The notes below the pieces were generated by a model. That model made no database searches and was not told where the DNA came from. It worked only from the letters and a program-made list of their open reading frames with translations. Source: Rhynchobatus australiae (Eukaryota). Taken from it: a DNA stretch of 64,000 nucleotides. The stretch lies in NCBI GenBank assembly GCA_034780895.1, contig JAUZTB010000027.1, positions 11,437,178 to 11,501,177 on the forward strand, given 5' to 3'. Positions 26,606-37,781 of this stretch are shown piece after piece. The position numbers and the translations under genes are program-made. Numbering within the stretch: position 1 is the first letter of the stretch; each line of letters starts with the position of its first letter.

Positions 26606-27129
26606 TGATTTCTGCTAGGTGCTTCTATCATTTCCCTAAATGTCTAAAGGCCTCCTAGAATAGCCAAAGTGTAGAGGGTGTGACATCTTCAAGGCTTCAG
26701 GGCAAAGCATTGCTGCTGTGCATGGATGCCTGACCAGGCAATCCACTGTGTTCAACATAATCTGGAGAAAGAGCAAAGGATATTCAGAACAGTGGCAATG
26801 CACATGAAGAGGTAGCAGAAGAACAGTGAGGAGCAGTACATATATATATAAGAGTGTCTAGGGAACAACCGTCACATCACAGCCTCAGTGAGGAACCCTC
26901 AAGAGATTCTGCCTGACCCACTGAGTTCCTCTAGCACCTTTTGTGTTGCTCCAGATTCCAGAATTTGCAGTCACTTGTGTCTCTGTTTCAACATCATCAT
27001 GGTGCCATTGATTGTCTGCATAACACTCATTGGATGCGACACATCAACATGAAGAGCTGGACCAAACATCACATCATTCAGGTCAATACATGCAACCACA
27101 AGTTATGACCAGAGAATCCTCAGCAATGG

Positions 27130-27860
27130 CTTCTCTTCTCACACTCGCACCATTAACTCTGGATCATTCCTATTCTTGTCCAAATGCCCCCAAGCAATGT
27201 CACCCAAAAATTCTGGAGCAAGTTCCCTTGTGTATACTGAGCACTCTGAATATTACCTCACCTTCACTTCTCTTTATCTTCTCCACTACTTCTAAATTTC
27301 TGACTATTTCCCCAACACAAATGTTGGATGAAAAGGAATTTCTTCAATTAAATACTGGGAACAGCAAAGTTATTAGCTTTTGTCTCCATCACGATCTCTG
27401 TTCCCTAGCCACCAACTGCTTTGCTTGCTGATAAAATTTTGAAACTGACCCAGACTTTGTTCAGAATTTGTCACTGAAATGAGATTGGATCGGTAGTGCA
27501 TCACTACTCATCTCTTTCTACCTCCATAAAATAACTCAACTCTATTTTGGCTCAAATGCAGCTGGAACCCCGATCCATGTCTTTATTATTTCTAGTCTTG
27601 ACAACTGCAATGCACTCCTGGCAGCCCTCCCTCACTGTGCTCTCGATAAATTCAAGAAAACTCAAATTACTGCTGCCAGTGAATTAATGCCCACTAATTT
27701 GCATTCACCCATCACTCTTCTGTTTGCTGAACCACTGCAGTTCTCAGTTAAACAATTGCTCTATTTTAAAATTCCCAATTTAAAATCCCTTCATGATCTT
27801 GCCCATAACTCTATAATTTACTCCAATCCTTTAACCTTTCCATAGCAACATCACCATTAA
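27130..27860 (+). mobile_element. L2 LINE RT/3' fragment
   Basis: Encodes AAGTPIHVFIISSLDNCNALLAALP (L2 LIHAFVTSRLDYxNALL-like) and a PITLL..FKI remnant. Confidence 0.8.
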
Positions 27861-28739
27861 TTTGAACCCAGAATGATAATTTACAGATTAGGAAGAAAAA
27901 GATAAGATTAGGAAGAAAAGATAAATAGTAATAAGCAATTAATCTTGTTTATTATTTGTTACTATTTCATTAAATAGTTTTTAGTGTCTCTAAATATTGG
28001 ATATTTAAATGACAGTCTGGCTTTGACAGTATGCAAACACCCTGCCCCCAGCTTTGCCACCTGTCAAAGCTGCCAGGTTATTCCAAGGCAGGGCCTCAAC
28101 ATCACAACACACTTTCCACCAAGAACTCATTCCCCTCTCAGACTGATTCCTGAGTATGGAGGATCAGCAAATTTCATCCATCCACATCCAGATCAAGTCT
28201 GTATGGATAAGCAGTGACCACTTTTCCAGTTTCTCTAGTTCTCCAAGGTAATACATGCAGCTCTTGAAGAAGCCAAGAGCTTGACATATGAAGAAATCAA
28301 AGACGTGGATCTATGCCTTATAACTCCATGAGTTGATGTATTGACCTCAGTGCTATGAAAGTCACNNNNNNNNNNNNNNNNNNNNNNNNNNNNNNNNNNN
28401 NNNNNNNNNNNNNNNNNNNNNNNNNNNNNNNNNNNNNNNNNNNNNNNNNNNNNNNNNNNNNNNNNNNNNCACCCAATACAGGAGCACAACACTCCACTTC
28501 CAAATTTCAGTTCCATTGACTGAAATTTTAGAAGCAAGGTTAAAATGACTGCATATTAAGCAAATGCGAATTAAAAAGAAATTTTATTTCCCATGCATCT
28601 TTGCTTCACAGAGGGAGAAAATTAATAGCAGATAACACTCCCTCTGCAGGTTACTTTCAAACAATTACTCGTGCTGTTTGGTGCTGTCTGTTAAGGATGC
28701 CCACAGAGCAAGACACTCATTCAACCTCCCATGTGTAGT

Positions 28740-29080
28740 AACTGAGTAGCCCAGGAAAATTAAACAGGGGATTTAACACAGTAAGCACAAAAAAAGGTAG
28801 GTCTTACAGCTCTCAAGCTTGCTTCATCATTTGTTAAGATCATAGCTGTGAGTGAGCAACTTCTTACCTTGAGAGACTGGCCCTAGTTATTGATTGTCTA
28901 GCCTGCATAAACGATTCACAGCTTCTACAGTGTCAATTCCTTTCAGAATCTTGTACATCTGAACAACATTACCCTCCGTTCTTCTAACTGCTAATGAATA
29001 TAGAAAAAGCTTCCGCACACATTTCTCAAAAACCCCTTGCCCCCAAGAATTCATCTAGTGAGTCAATGCTACATTGATCC
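28740..29080 (-). mobile_element. CR1 3' fragment
   Basis: Tail acacagtaagcacaaaaaaagg; gactggccctagtta; tcagaatcttgtacatc. Confidence 0.6.
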
Positions 29081-29104
29081 TGACTTTTGGACTTCAAAAA
29101 ATAG

Positions 29105-29630
29105 GCACTGGTTAGTCCCACAATTGGATTATTTTTTTTACTATTTCTGGATACCACACTTTAGGAAGAAAGTGATCCTACAGATTATGCAAAACCAATT
29201 CAAGGAATGAGGGATTTCAGCTGCAAAGTTAGACTTGAGAAGCTGGAACTGTTTTCCTTGGAGAACAGTGGTTGAGAGGAGATTTAACTGAGGTGTGCAA
29301 GATCATCAGCGGTTTGGATAGAGTAAATAGAAAGAAGCTGTTCCCATAAGCAGATAGTTTGAGGAGACACAGATTTAAAGTGAAGGGGAAAACATACAGA
29401 GGTGGATTTGAGTTATGTGCTGAAAGTGGTGAAAGCATGAAATTCACTGCCTGTAATGGCTGATGGAAATTGAACCAAAGGGAAATTAGATTAAGCACTT
29501 GAGGGAAAATAATTTTGCAGAGTTGGGGAACAAGCGGGGGATTGGGGCTGACTAGATTTCTCTATGGTGAACCTACATGGACTCAATAGGCTGAAGGACC
29601 GCCTATGCCACAATGGTCTATGAATCTACA
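29105..29630 (+). mobile_element. CR1 3' fragment
   Basis: LEKLELFSLEN..LRGDLTEVCKIISGLDRVNRKKLFP followed by the tail. Confidence 0.85.
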
Positions 29631-29741
29631 TCTCCAAAGCATATTCCTCCCGACTAACTTCACAGTTTACAAGTTACAAGAAGTGCTAACATACAGATGC
29701 AATACAAATAATACTTCATTAGCTAAATAATACCTGGATAC

Positions 29742-30335
29742 TGTTGGATTTGACTGTTTTAATTAGTTTTTTTAAACATGTATAGTGTTTAATACACTTC
29801 CAGTGGCTGCACAAGGAATGGCTGCTTCCTAGCTTATTGGTTCGTCCATCAGGTGAATATGTGGTTTTTTTCATTGGTTGGTTTGACCACAAGCATCTAA
29901 TAGGTTTCCTGATTGAACTATTGTTAGCTGAAGAGTGTCTCTTATCTCAGGTATAAAAAGTGTTGTCTTTTTGTTAATCTCTCTTGCTCTTCCTCTCCCG
30001 AGCTCACCTTTTGTTCCCTTTGTCTCAGCTCATCAAAGTTAGTGCCCTGTGCTCTGTGACTGTTTCTTTGTTTTAAACTTTCCCAATAAAACTTTGTGAA
30101 GCACCAAGTTGTTTTCAACTCATTNNNNNNNNNNNNNNNNNNNNNNNNNNNNNNNNNNNNNNNNNNNNNNNNNNNNNNNNNNNNNNNNNNNNNNNNNNNN
30201 NNNNNNNNNNNNNNNNNNNNNNNNTTTCTTTGTTTTAAACTTTTCCAGTAAAACTTTGTGAAGCACCAAGTTGTTTTCAACTCATTCCTGGACTCCTGAA
30301 AGAACCTGTGGATTCGAAAATAACTGGATCCGACA
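29742..30335 (+). mobile_element. LTR (ERV- or Gypsy-type), solo or collapsed provirus
   Basis: Termini TGTTGGAT..ATCCGACA; flanks ATAC/TTAC; inverted CCAAT boxes at 29836 and 29873; TATAAAA at 29952; AATAAA at 30085. Confidence 0.75.
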
Positions 30336-30344
30336 TTACTCATC

Positions 30345-30535
30345 AAAGCTGCAGCTGGAAATCTGAAATAAAAACAGAAAATTCTGGAACTACTCAGATC
30401 AAGCAGCATTCTGTGGTGAGAGAAATACGTAACATTTCAGACCCATGACCTTTCATCATAAATGCTGAAGTTGTTTTTGTTTCCGCAGATGCTGTCTGAC
30501 CGGAATATTTCCACCATTTTCTGACTTCATTTAAA
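30345..30535. mobile_element. Penelope pLTR-derived element with inverted ends
   Basis: gctggaaatctgaaataaaaacagaaaa..gcagcattctgtgg; minus-strand decayed hammerhead at 30430-30460; inverse cagatgctgtctgacc..tatttcca. Confidence 0.75.
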
Positions 30536-30831
30536 CAACTTAGTTACATTTCAAATGCTGTACCTGTATTCCCCAATTTCAGTTACACAAGATTCAATCA
30601 ATAATACTACAACCATATCAATTGTGCTGTCTATCAAACATTAGAATCACAAGTTATGTACAGCATAAAAAGCTACTTTTCCTATAAGTGCTTCTGTAAC
30701 CTTTTGAAAAATGAGTGACAACCATTAAACAAACACATGAATGAAAATAAAAGTGCATCCACAAGTACTTTCAGAAGTTATACTGAACAATAACTGTCAG
30801 ATCATCACATGCCGATAGCTTAAGGCGGCGC

Positions 30832-31073
30832 TGCAGCGACTTACTGTTATCGAACCGGCTCCCACGATCGCAAGTGTCGTCGGAGGCCCTGATCCAAGAT
30901 GGCGTGGGGCACTCCTTCTTCTTCGTTTGGCTGGGAAAGCCCGCAAGTGGGAAGGTCGCGTGACGTCAGCGCAGGAACTGAATATTAAAGGGCAGTGCAC
31001 CCTGGTCGTTCATTCGACTCTTTGACCTCAAACAAGTGTCTCCTGTCTTTATTCAGCGTAGCTAGCCGCTACA
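30832..31073 (+). mobile_element. Young CpG-rich solo LTR, probably Gypsy
   Basis: Termini TGCAGCG..CGCTACA; 4-bp flanks GCGC/GCGT; 242 bp; YY1 motif CAAGATGGCG at 30895; CRE TGACGTCA at 30961. Confidence 0.8.
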
Positions 31074-32659
31074 GCGTACCTTTTCTCTTTGCTATAACTG
31101 AGCATATTTTCTTAGGGTTTCATAGTTGAAAATCATTTTAATCTTCCTCAACTGGCCAGTGGCCCAGTGTTTGTGACTGATTAAGAAGGGATTGGTAAAC
31201 GAAATAGATAAACAAAAATTGTGAATTAATTTACCAACAATGTCGTTAGGGTTTAATTTCTCCTAAATCCCTTCCCATCTCTCTTACCTTCCTTCTCTTT
31301 GGTGTGCATTTCTCTCTCGTTTGGGAAAGAAAAAAAGTTGACAAAAATCAGAAGAGAACTGACTTTTGTTTCCCTGAGGACGTTAATCACTGAGGCCATT
31401 AACAATTTACCTGCACTGTATGTCAAGGAGCCAAGGGAAACATGAATGATATTCCTACCATTGAGAATTGCTAAGATGTTAATGCACTGAATGATAAAAT
31501 GTTGTCATTTACAATTAATTTAAACACACACCCAAATATGTGGTGCCACATCCAGTGTTTGCCATCACTTTCAGCAGGACACCCAAGAAGAACAAGGATG
31601 GAGGTACAAGACAGGGAGGTAACAGAATGCTTACGTGAGACATTTCCTGTAATGTATCTCTCAAAAACAGGCGCAAAAAAGAATAGAAATCCCAGCTCCC
31701 TGTGAAAATACACCATGTTTTCATAGTATCTTGGAAAGACTGTAAAGGATTTACAACAATGTGCTATTGTGCCTGACTATGCCATGATATTTGGATTGTT
31801 TAAACATTAAAATTCTTAAAAGTAACCATTGGAAATTTCTGGGTATATAATGAACCCTTTTATTTTATATTTCAGTTTCTTTGCCAACATTCTAAAATTC
31901 TCAATTAGTGTGTTTGATTCTATTTGTCTCCTTCAGTGATAAATCATGGTGGTCTACAATGTCATTGAGTATTTGTGCATATCTTAAAATGGGCCTCAGC
32001 TTTATTTGAAATGAGACATTTGGCCTCTGCACAAAAAAGCTAATCTTTTAAAATTGATGATATCCCTAACAGAATGGATTTAATATTGCCTGGAGAATGA
32101 ACAAGGAGCTTTCCAGGCAGCAAAGTAACAGTCTTTTTGCTTCCAACAGATATATTACCATCACACTGTGAATTATTCTAAAGCTCCCATTAGTAAACCT
32201 AACAAATTCCCTGACCATAAAGAAAAATGTGCAGATCCTCAGCAACTCTGCCAATGTATATACACACACAAATATCTCAAGTTCATTCTTCAGTCATATC
32301 CGATTGCAAAGTAAACTCGACATGAAATTTCCAACTAAGTAAAAGCAACTCTCATGCTTCAGTCATCACCTATATTATTGAGCCCAGTGCTCTTGGATTT
32401 GGGTGGATTGAAGTGTGTATATATCATGGCAGATAAGGTATTACAAGTATTATAATTGTGTGAGACAGACTGGATGGGCCTGCCCATCAGATTTTTGTAT
32501 TTAGATGTATTATTGAGTATAAAGCATGCAATGGGAGCAAGTGCAGGCCTGATTGCCTTTCAAGTCTACTCTGCTATTCAATAAAATCAACCGTAAATGT
32601 TCTACATTACCAGCAATTTCCACACTCTCCCCATTTCCTTTAATACTTTTATAGCTCAC

Positions 32660-32768
32660 ATGGAATGCAACAGTTCAAAAAAAGCAGCTCACCGCCACCT
32701 TCAAGGGCATTTAAGGTTGGGCAATGAATCCTGACCTTACCAGAAACTTCCCACATCATTTGAATGAA
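32660..32768 (+). mobile_element. CR1-like LINE/SINE shared tail
   Basis: aaagcagctcaccgccaccttcaagggcatttaaggttgggcaatgaat..cccacatc. Confidence 0.7.
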
Positions 32769-32799
32769 AGTACACACTCCAAAACTGTACGCAGTACTC

Positions 32800-33426
32800 C
32801 ACACATAGAGCTGAGACCTTACCTTCATTGGTCAAGATACTGAGTACAGAGTTGGGACAGGTATGTTACAGTTGTACAAGACATTGGTAAGGAAACATTT
32901 GAAGTGCGGCATGTAGTTCTGGTTGCCCTGCTATAGGAAGGATGTCACTAAACTAGAGAGGGTGCAGAAAAGATTTATGAGGTTACTGGGACTGGAGTGT
33001 TTGAATTTTCAGAAGAGGCTAGATAGGCTTGGACTTTTTTTCCTTGAAGCATTGGAGGCTGAGGGTGATCTTATAGAGGTTTATAAAACCATGAGGGACA
33101 TAGGTAAGGTGAATAGCCACAGTCATTGCCCCAGGGTAGGGTAGTGCAAAACTAGAGGGCATAGGTTTAAATTTAAAAGGGACCTGAGGGGCAACTTTTT
33201 CCACACAGAGGGTGATGTATATATAGAATGAGCTGCCAGACGAAGTGGTAGAGGCTAGTACAATTATGACATTTAAAAGACATTTGGACAGGTACTTGGA
33301 TAGGAAAGATTTAGGGGAATATGGACCAACATAGGCAAATAGCACTAGCTCAGTTAGGCAATTTGGTTGCATGGACGAGTTGGGCTGAAAGGCCTGTTTC
33401 TGTGCTGTATAGCTCTATGACTCTAC
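32800..33426 (+). mobile_element. CR1/HER1 3' fragment
   Basis: PCYRKDVTKLERVQKRF..GDLIEVYKTMRDI; tail ggcctgtttctgtgctgtatagctctatgactcta. Confidence 0.92.
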
Positions 33427-33514
33427 CTTCAGAGGAAGGGAATTGCAAAGTTTAAAGGCATTCTGGAAAAGTTTTCAAGATTCTGAATGTGTTATGAAGC
33501 AGGGAATCTGGCTC

Positions 33515-33612
33515 AAGAAAAAGCAAATGGCTGGAGAAACTCGCAGGTCAGGCAGCACCCATGCAGGGAGAGGGTTAATCGATATTTTGGGTCCAGGCTC
33601 TGCATCAAGACT
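33515..33612. mobile_element. Penelope pLTR fragment
   Basis: ggctggagaaactcgcaggtcaggcagcaccc..ttttgggtccaggctctgcatcaagact (decayed hammerhead on minus strand). Confidence 0.6.
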
Positions 33613-33814
33613 TCCTTAGAAGGAAGGAAGATGCACAGGAAGTTTAACTAAATGTGGTTCGGGTTTCAGATTATGTAAAGCAATATTGCAGATACGCTAT
33701 ACTGAAAGGGACAAAAGTTGTTTTAGACCATTGTGGAAATCATTCCATTCATTACATAAAGTGAGCCGCCAACTTGTTATTCCTGTTCTGCACCACTGTC
33801 CAAGACAAGCCAAG

Positions 33815-33920
33815 GTACAGAAGGCTACAGAAGATAAATGGGATTAGTATGGACAGGTACAGCAGTTGGCATCGACATGGTGGACCAAAAGGCCTGTTTC
33901 TGTGATGTGCAACTCTGTGA
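33815..33920 (+). mobile_element. CR1/HE1 tail
   Basis: ggcatcgacatggtggaccaaaaggcctgtttctgtgatgtgcaactctgtgac. Confidence 0.75.
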
Positions 33921-35714
33921 CAAAATTCTACCTTTCTGCATTCAATGAAGGACAAAGAGTCATCCTTAAAATTAATACAGGGGTTGGTTTAAAAAAATTT
34001 TTAATTATCCTAATTTCCATTTTTACCTTGGCAAATTTCCAATTGCAGCCCAAGAAATGTGGTAAAAGGAAGCAGTATCACCACACATTGATCTAATCTT
34101 CCCAACAGCCAGTGAAAACCCATCAATGACAGTGAGTTTAAGAATTTTGCCTGTTTTGTGTTGGAAACATTATGTATTACACATAACTTGAAAGCATAGA
34201 TAGTAAATGTTGCAAAGCAAAAATAAAAGTTGAAAATTATTCCTACATAACGATCTCTGAAAAGTTATTGGTCAAGAGATCAGTTCAGGCAAAAAAACAA
34301 ATCAGCAAAAGCACAATCAGAATGATCATTAACAATTCTTACATATTAATTTTTTATTTGGATGTTTTATGAAAATTGCTCTGCTGTAGGGAAGATTTGT
34401 GTCAGATAATTCATCATAGGTTAATACAAATCATGACTCCAAATTTAATATTTCCTGTTACCCAGGGCAAGTAAATTTCAAGGACAGCTTTTAAGAATGG
34501 TGACTTTTTGCACCCACATATTCTCTCTCAATTAGCATTGCTTCTTGCAACATTTGCTCGCAATAATTTAGAAGAAACTTAGAATTCTGTTTCCCAAAAA
34601 TGACGTACAGGATTCTTTGTCTGACATCAACCAGAGGTGATGACATGCAATACTTCAGATAAAAACAGTTTTAATCTGTAAACTGCCTTCTAGTTCTAGA
34701 CTGGTAGCCTATGTGCTTGGTGGTTAGAATTTTATAAGGTATATACACTAAAATGAAAAAACAGCCTATTATCTAAAAAAATGTTGTTTTCTACTTTTCA
34801 GCAATGGGATGACACATTGGCTTACCTTAAAGAGCACTGGTGAGATTTCTGAACAATCCGTTTAAAACCCTGTGGTGATGGCACTCCCACAATGTTCAAA
34901 ACAAGTCAAATCCTTAGTCAAGGAAATAAATTTGTATTTGCAAATGCATATGCTTTATTGTGACTGTCAAAAATAGTATTTTCTTCCCCAAATTTCCAGG
35001 ATCAAATAATCAAACCATATACATGCCTCAAGTCCAAGTGAAATTCACACTAGCTTACACATGCAAGCTGCATCAGCCAAAACAAATTCCACACTAAATG
35101 TCCAGCTTAAGCTCTATAGATTGCACTCCCAGTTTGGCATTGCAATTGTGTTTTACAGCACAGATGAATCCACCCCTTCTTCCTCCAACTGGCTTGATAT
35201 CTGATGGTTATTCACTTTCTTTCTGAACGTGCAAAATCAAAATTCATTCCTAAAAGGCTGCTTTTCCACTCACTCTTCCTGAGTGAAAGCTTTCCGCCAG
35301 TATACATTTGGCCCTGACTCTAAGAATATTGATCTCCAATGGAAAAAGCTGTAACTAAATTACATTCCCTACCAGGGAATTTCCAGGACTACAGTGGGAA
35401 AATGATTTTAAATAAAATTAATTTTCTCTTCAACTTAAGTATAAATATAAATGAAGATACAAACCTGTCAATAGATTACCAAACAAATGACAACCACACA
35501 GCTGCTTATTTCTCAAACTGATGCACCTTCACTCCAACCAGACTGCCAGTTGTCCATGCTTCTTTTCCAGGCATGGCATTCACACTCTCCTAGACTTATC
35601 TACATAATTGTTATCTCATTAACCCTTTATTTTCCTCACAATATCACAACCATTTGTTCTCCATCCAAAATGATCAGGGGTCATTCTACTTCTGCACTTT
35701 TTTTCCATTATCTG

Positions 35715-36160
35715 GTAATTGGTTCATTTTTGTCACATGTACCGAGATACAGTGAAAAGTTTTGTTTTGCATTCCATCTAGACAGATCATTCCAAACACA
35801 AGTACATCGAGGTAGTACAAGGGAAAGTAATAACAGAATGTAAAATATATTGCTACAGTTACAAAGAAAGTAAATTAGGTGCAAGGGCCATGACGAGGTA
35901 GATTGAGAGATCAAGAGCATCTTAATTGTACAAGAATCTTATACAGCGGGATGGAAGCTTTGAGCCTATTAGTACTTATTTTCAAGCTTTTGTATCTTCT
36001 ATTCAATGGAAGGGGGAGAAGAGAGAATGACCAGGGTAGGAGGGGTCCTTAATTATGTTGGCTGCTTTCCCGAAACAGCGGGAAGTGTAGACAGAGTCAT
36101 GGGCTGTGTTCACAACTCTCTGCAATTTCTTGCTGTCTTGGGGAGAGCAGTTGCCCATAA
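35715..36160 (-). mobile_element. Rex1 3' fragment
   Basis: Minus strand GNCSPQDSKKLQRVVNTAH..AANIIKDPSYPGHSLFSP; same family as 1-812. Confidence 0.9.
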
Positions 36161-36901
36161 ATCCCCTTGCTACATGTAAAGACATTTGACCAATTTGTTT
36201 ATTCCACATATGCTGCCTGATGTGAGGAAATATTTCTGCTTTTATTATCAGCTTTCCAGAATATGAAATATTAATATTTTACTTAGAGAACTTTTCCAAA
36301 GCATTTAACTGGATTATCACCAGGCACTGAACTGCCTGATATTGATCAACTACAATGCTGCAGTGTAGATAATGAAAACAGAAAATGACAGAAGTACTCA
36401 GAAAAGCCAAAATGAAATCCCATTAGAAGAACAGAATTGCTCAGTCCCACTACTCATAAACTGGTAAGGAATTGACACACAAGTGCACAGTCAGAGAATA
36501 ACACATTTTTGCAATTATCAGATAAACTATGACAAACAGAGCAATGTAAATATTCTATTATAAGTAAATACAGAAAATACTGGGAATGCTCAGTATATCA
36601 GACAGCATCTGTGAGAGAGAACTGAGTTAATGTTGCAGGGAAAATCCAACACCAGCTGTTTTATGGGTTTTTATATTGTAACTTGGAGCAGCCACTTCAG
36701 TGGATATGGGGCCCATGTTGATAAAGCAACCCAATCAGATAATTTCACTTATTTTCAACTGCAAATTTTGAGTTATCTTGTACAAATAATTCTGAAGGGC
36801 ACATCTCATAAATATGTTATGTTCATGTCTTTCTGGGATTCTGTCGATAACAAAACCTTCAAAAAAAAAAGCAGCAACTTCCCATTTTCTGTTTTTTCTC
36901 C

Positions 36902-36954
36902 TGTTACGGACTAGGTTACTATTGGTGAATGTCCCTTTAAAATAGAACAGTGTG

Positions 36955-36992
<38 letters not shown>

Positions 36993-37781
36993 CATGTGTG
37001 TGGGTGGTGACATCAACAGAAGATAAAGGACATAATGACATTTTTGAAAAGGTCAGTCGGAGGAGAGGGAAGGGGGAGAGGGGGGAGAGGGGGGAGANNN
37101 NNNNNNNNNNNNNNNNNNNNNNNNNNNNNNNNNNNNNNNNNNNNNNNNNNNNNNNNNNNNNNNNNNNNNNNNNNNNNNNNNNNNNNNNNNNNNNNNNTCC
37201 ACATATGGATATGTGGAGTTATCTGGTTGAGTCCACTTTGGTCATTAACCCGTAGAGGGAAACAGGTATTTGTGTGGACAGCTACATCTCTGATGCCTTT
37301 CAGGGTGGCAGATACTTCGGAACAAAGTAGTGGAGTCCACTTTGTTGTTGACCTGTAGAAGGAAATAGGTATTTGTGTGGACAGCCATGATACGAGTGCC
37401 TTTTAGGGTGAAGCAGATGCGATGGAGTAGTTACTGCTGAGTAGACACTGAGGTGTCGTTTGGGTTCCAAAGTGGAACATCTCGATTTTGTAATTACTCT
37501 CTATTTTCTCTCTACATTTCGTCTTCAGTCAACAGTGGCTGTTGAAGAAGCCTTTGCTCACGTTTCATCTTGTGGCTTGCTGAACTGAACTTTAAGAACC
37601 GTTCCTAGAATTGGAGTTTGGGAGTTTGCCACACACACACTGTGTTTAGTTTTTGGGGTTAATGTTTAAGGTTTAACATTTTTACTTTTATTTTTCTTAT
37701 TATCTTAAGTAGTTATTAATGAAGTAGTTTTTAACACTTATACATGACTCGGTGTGTTTCTTTTGTTGCTGGTTCATAACA
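36902..37781 (+). mobile_element. LTR with internal 104-bp tandem duplication and a gap
   Basis: Termini TGTTACG..CATAACA; 5-bp flanks TCTCC/TTTCC; repeat units start at 37229 and 37333. Confidence 0.75.
36950..37001. repeat. (TG)n/(CG)n microsatellite
   Basis: gtgtgtgtgtgcgtgtgtgtgtgtgtgtgtgtgtgtgcgcgcgcatgtgtgt. Confidence 0.95.

Noticed and set aside
30797-31073. CpG-island gene promoter or 67-aa ORF
   Set aside because: TG..CA termini, short inverted ends and a TSD explain it better as a solo LTR.
31633-31697. 65-nt minus-strand exon candidate (TTTCACAG..CAC|GTAAGC)
   Set aside because: Open frames give unrecognised peptides; such site pairs arise by chance in 64 kb.
37060-37097. G-quadruplex-like GA-rich run (also poly-G at 43669 and 48996)
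   Set aside because: Low-complexity tracts inside repeats or at gap edges, with no independent support.
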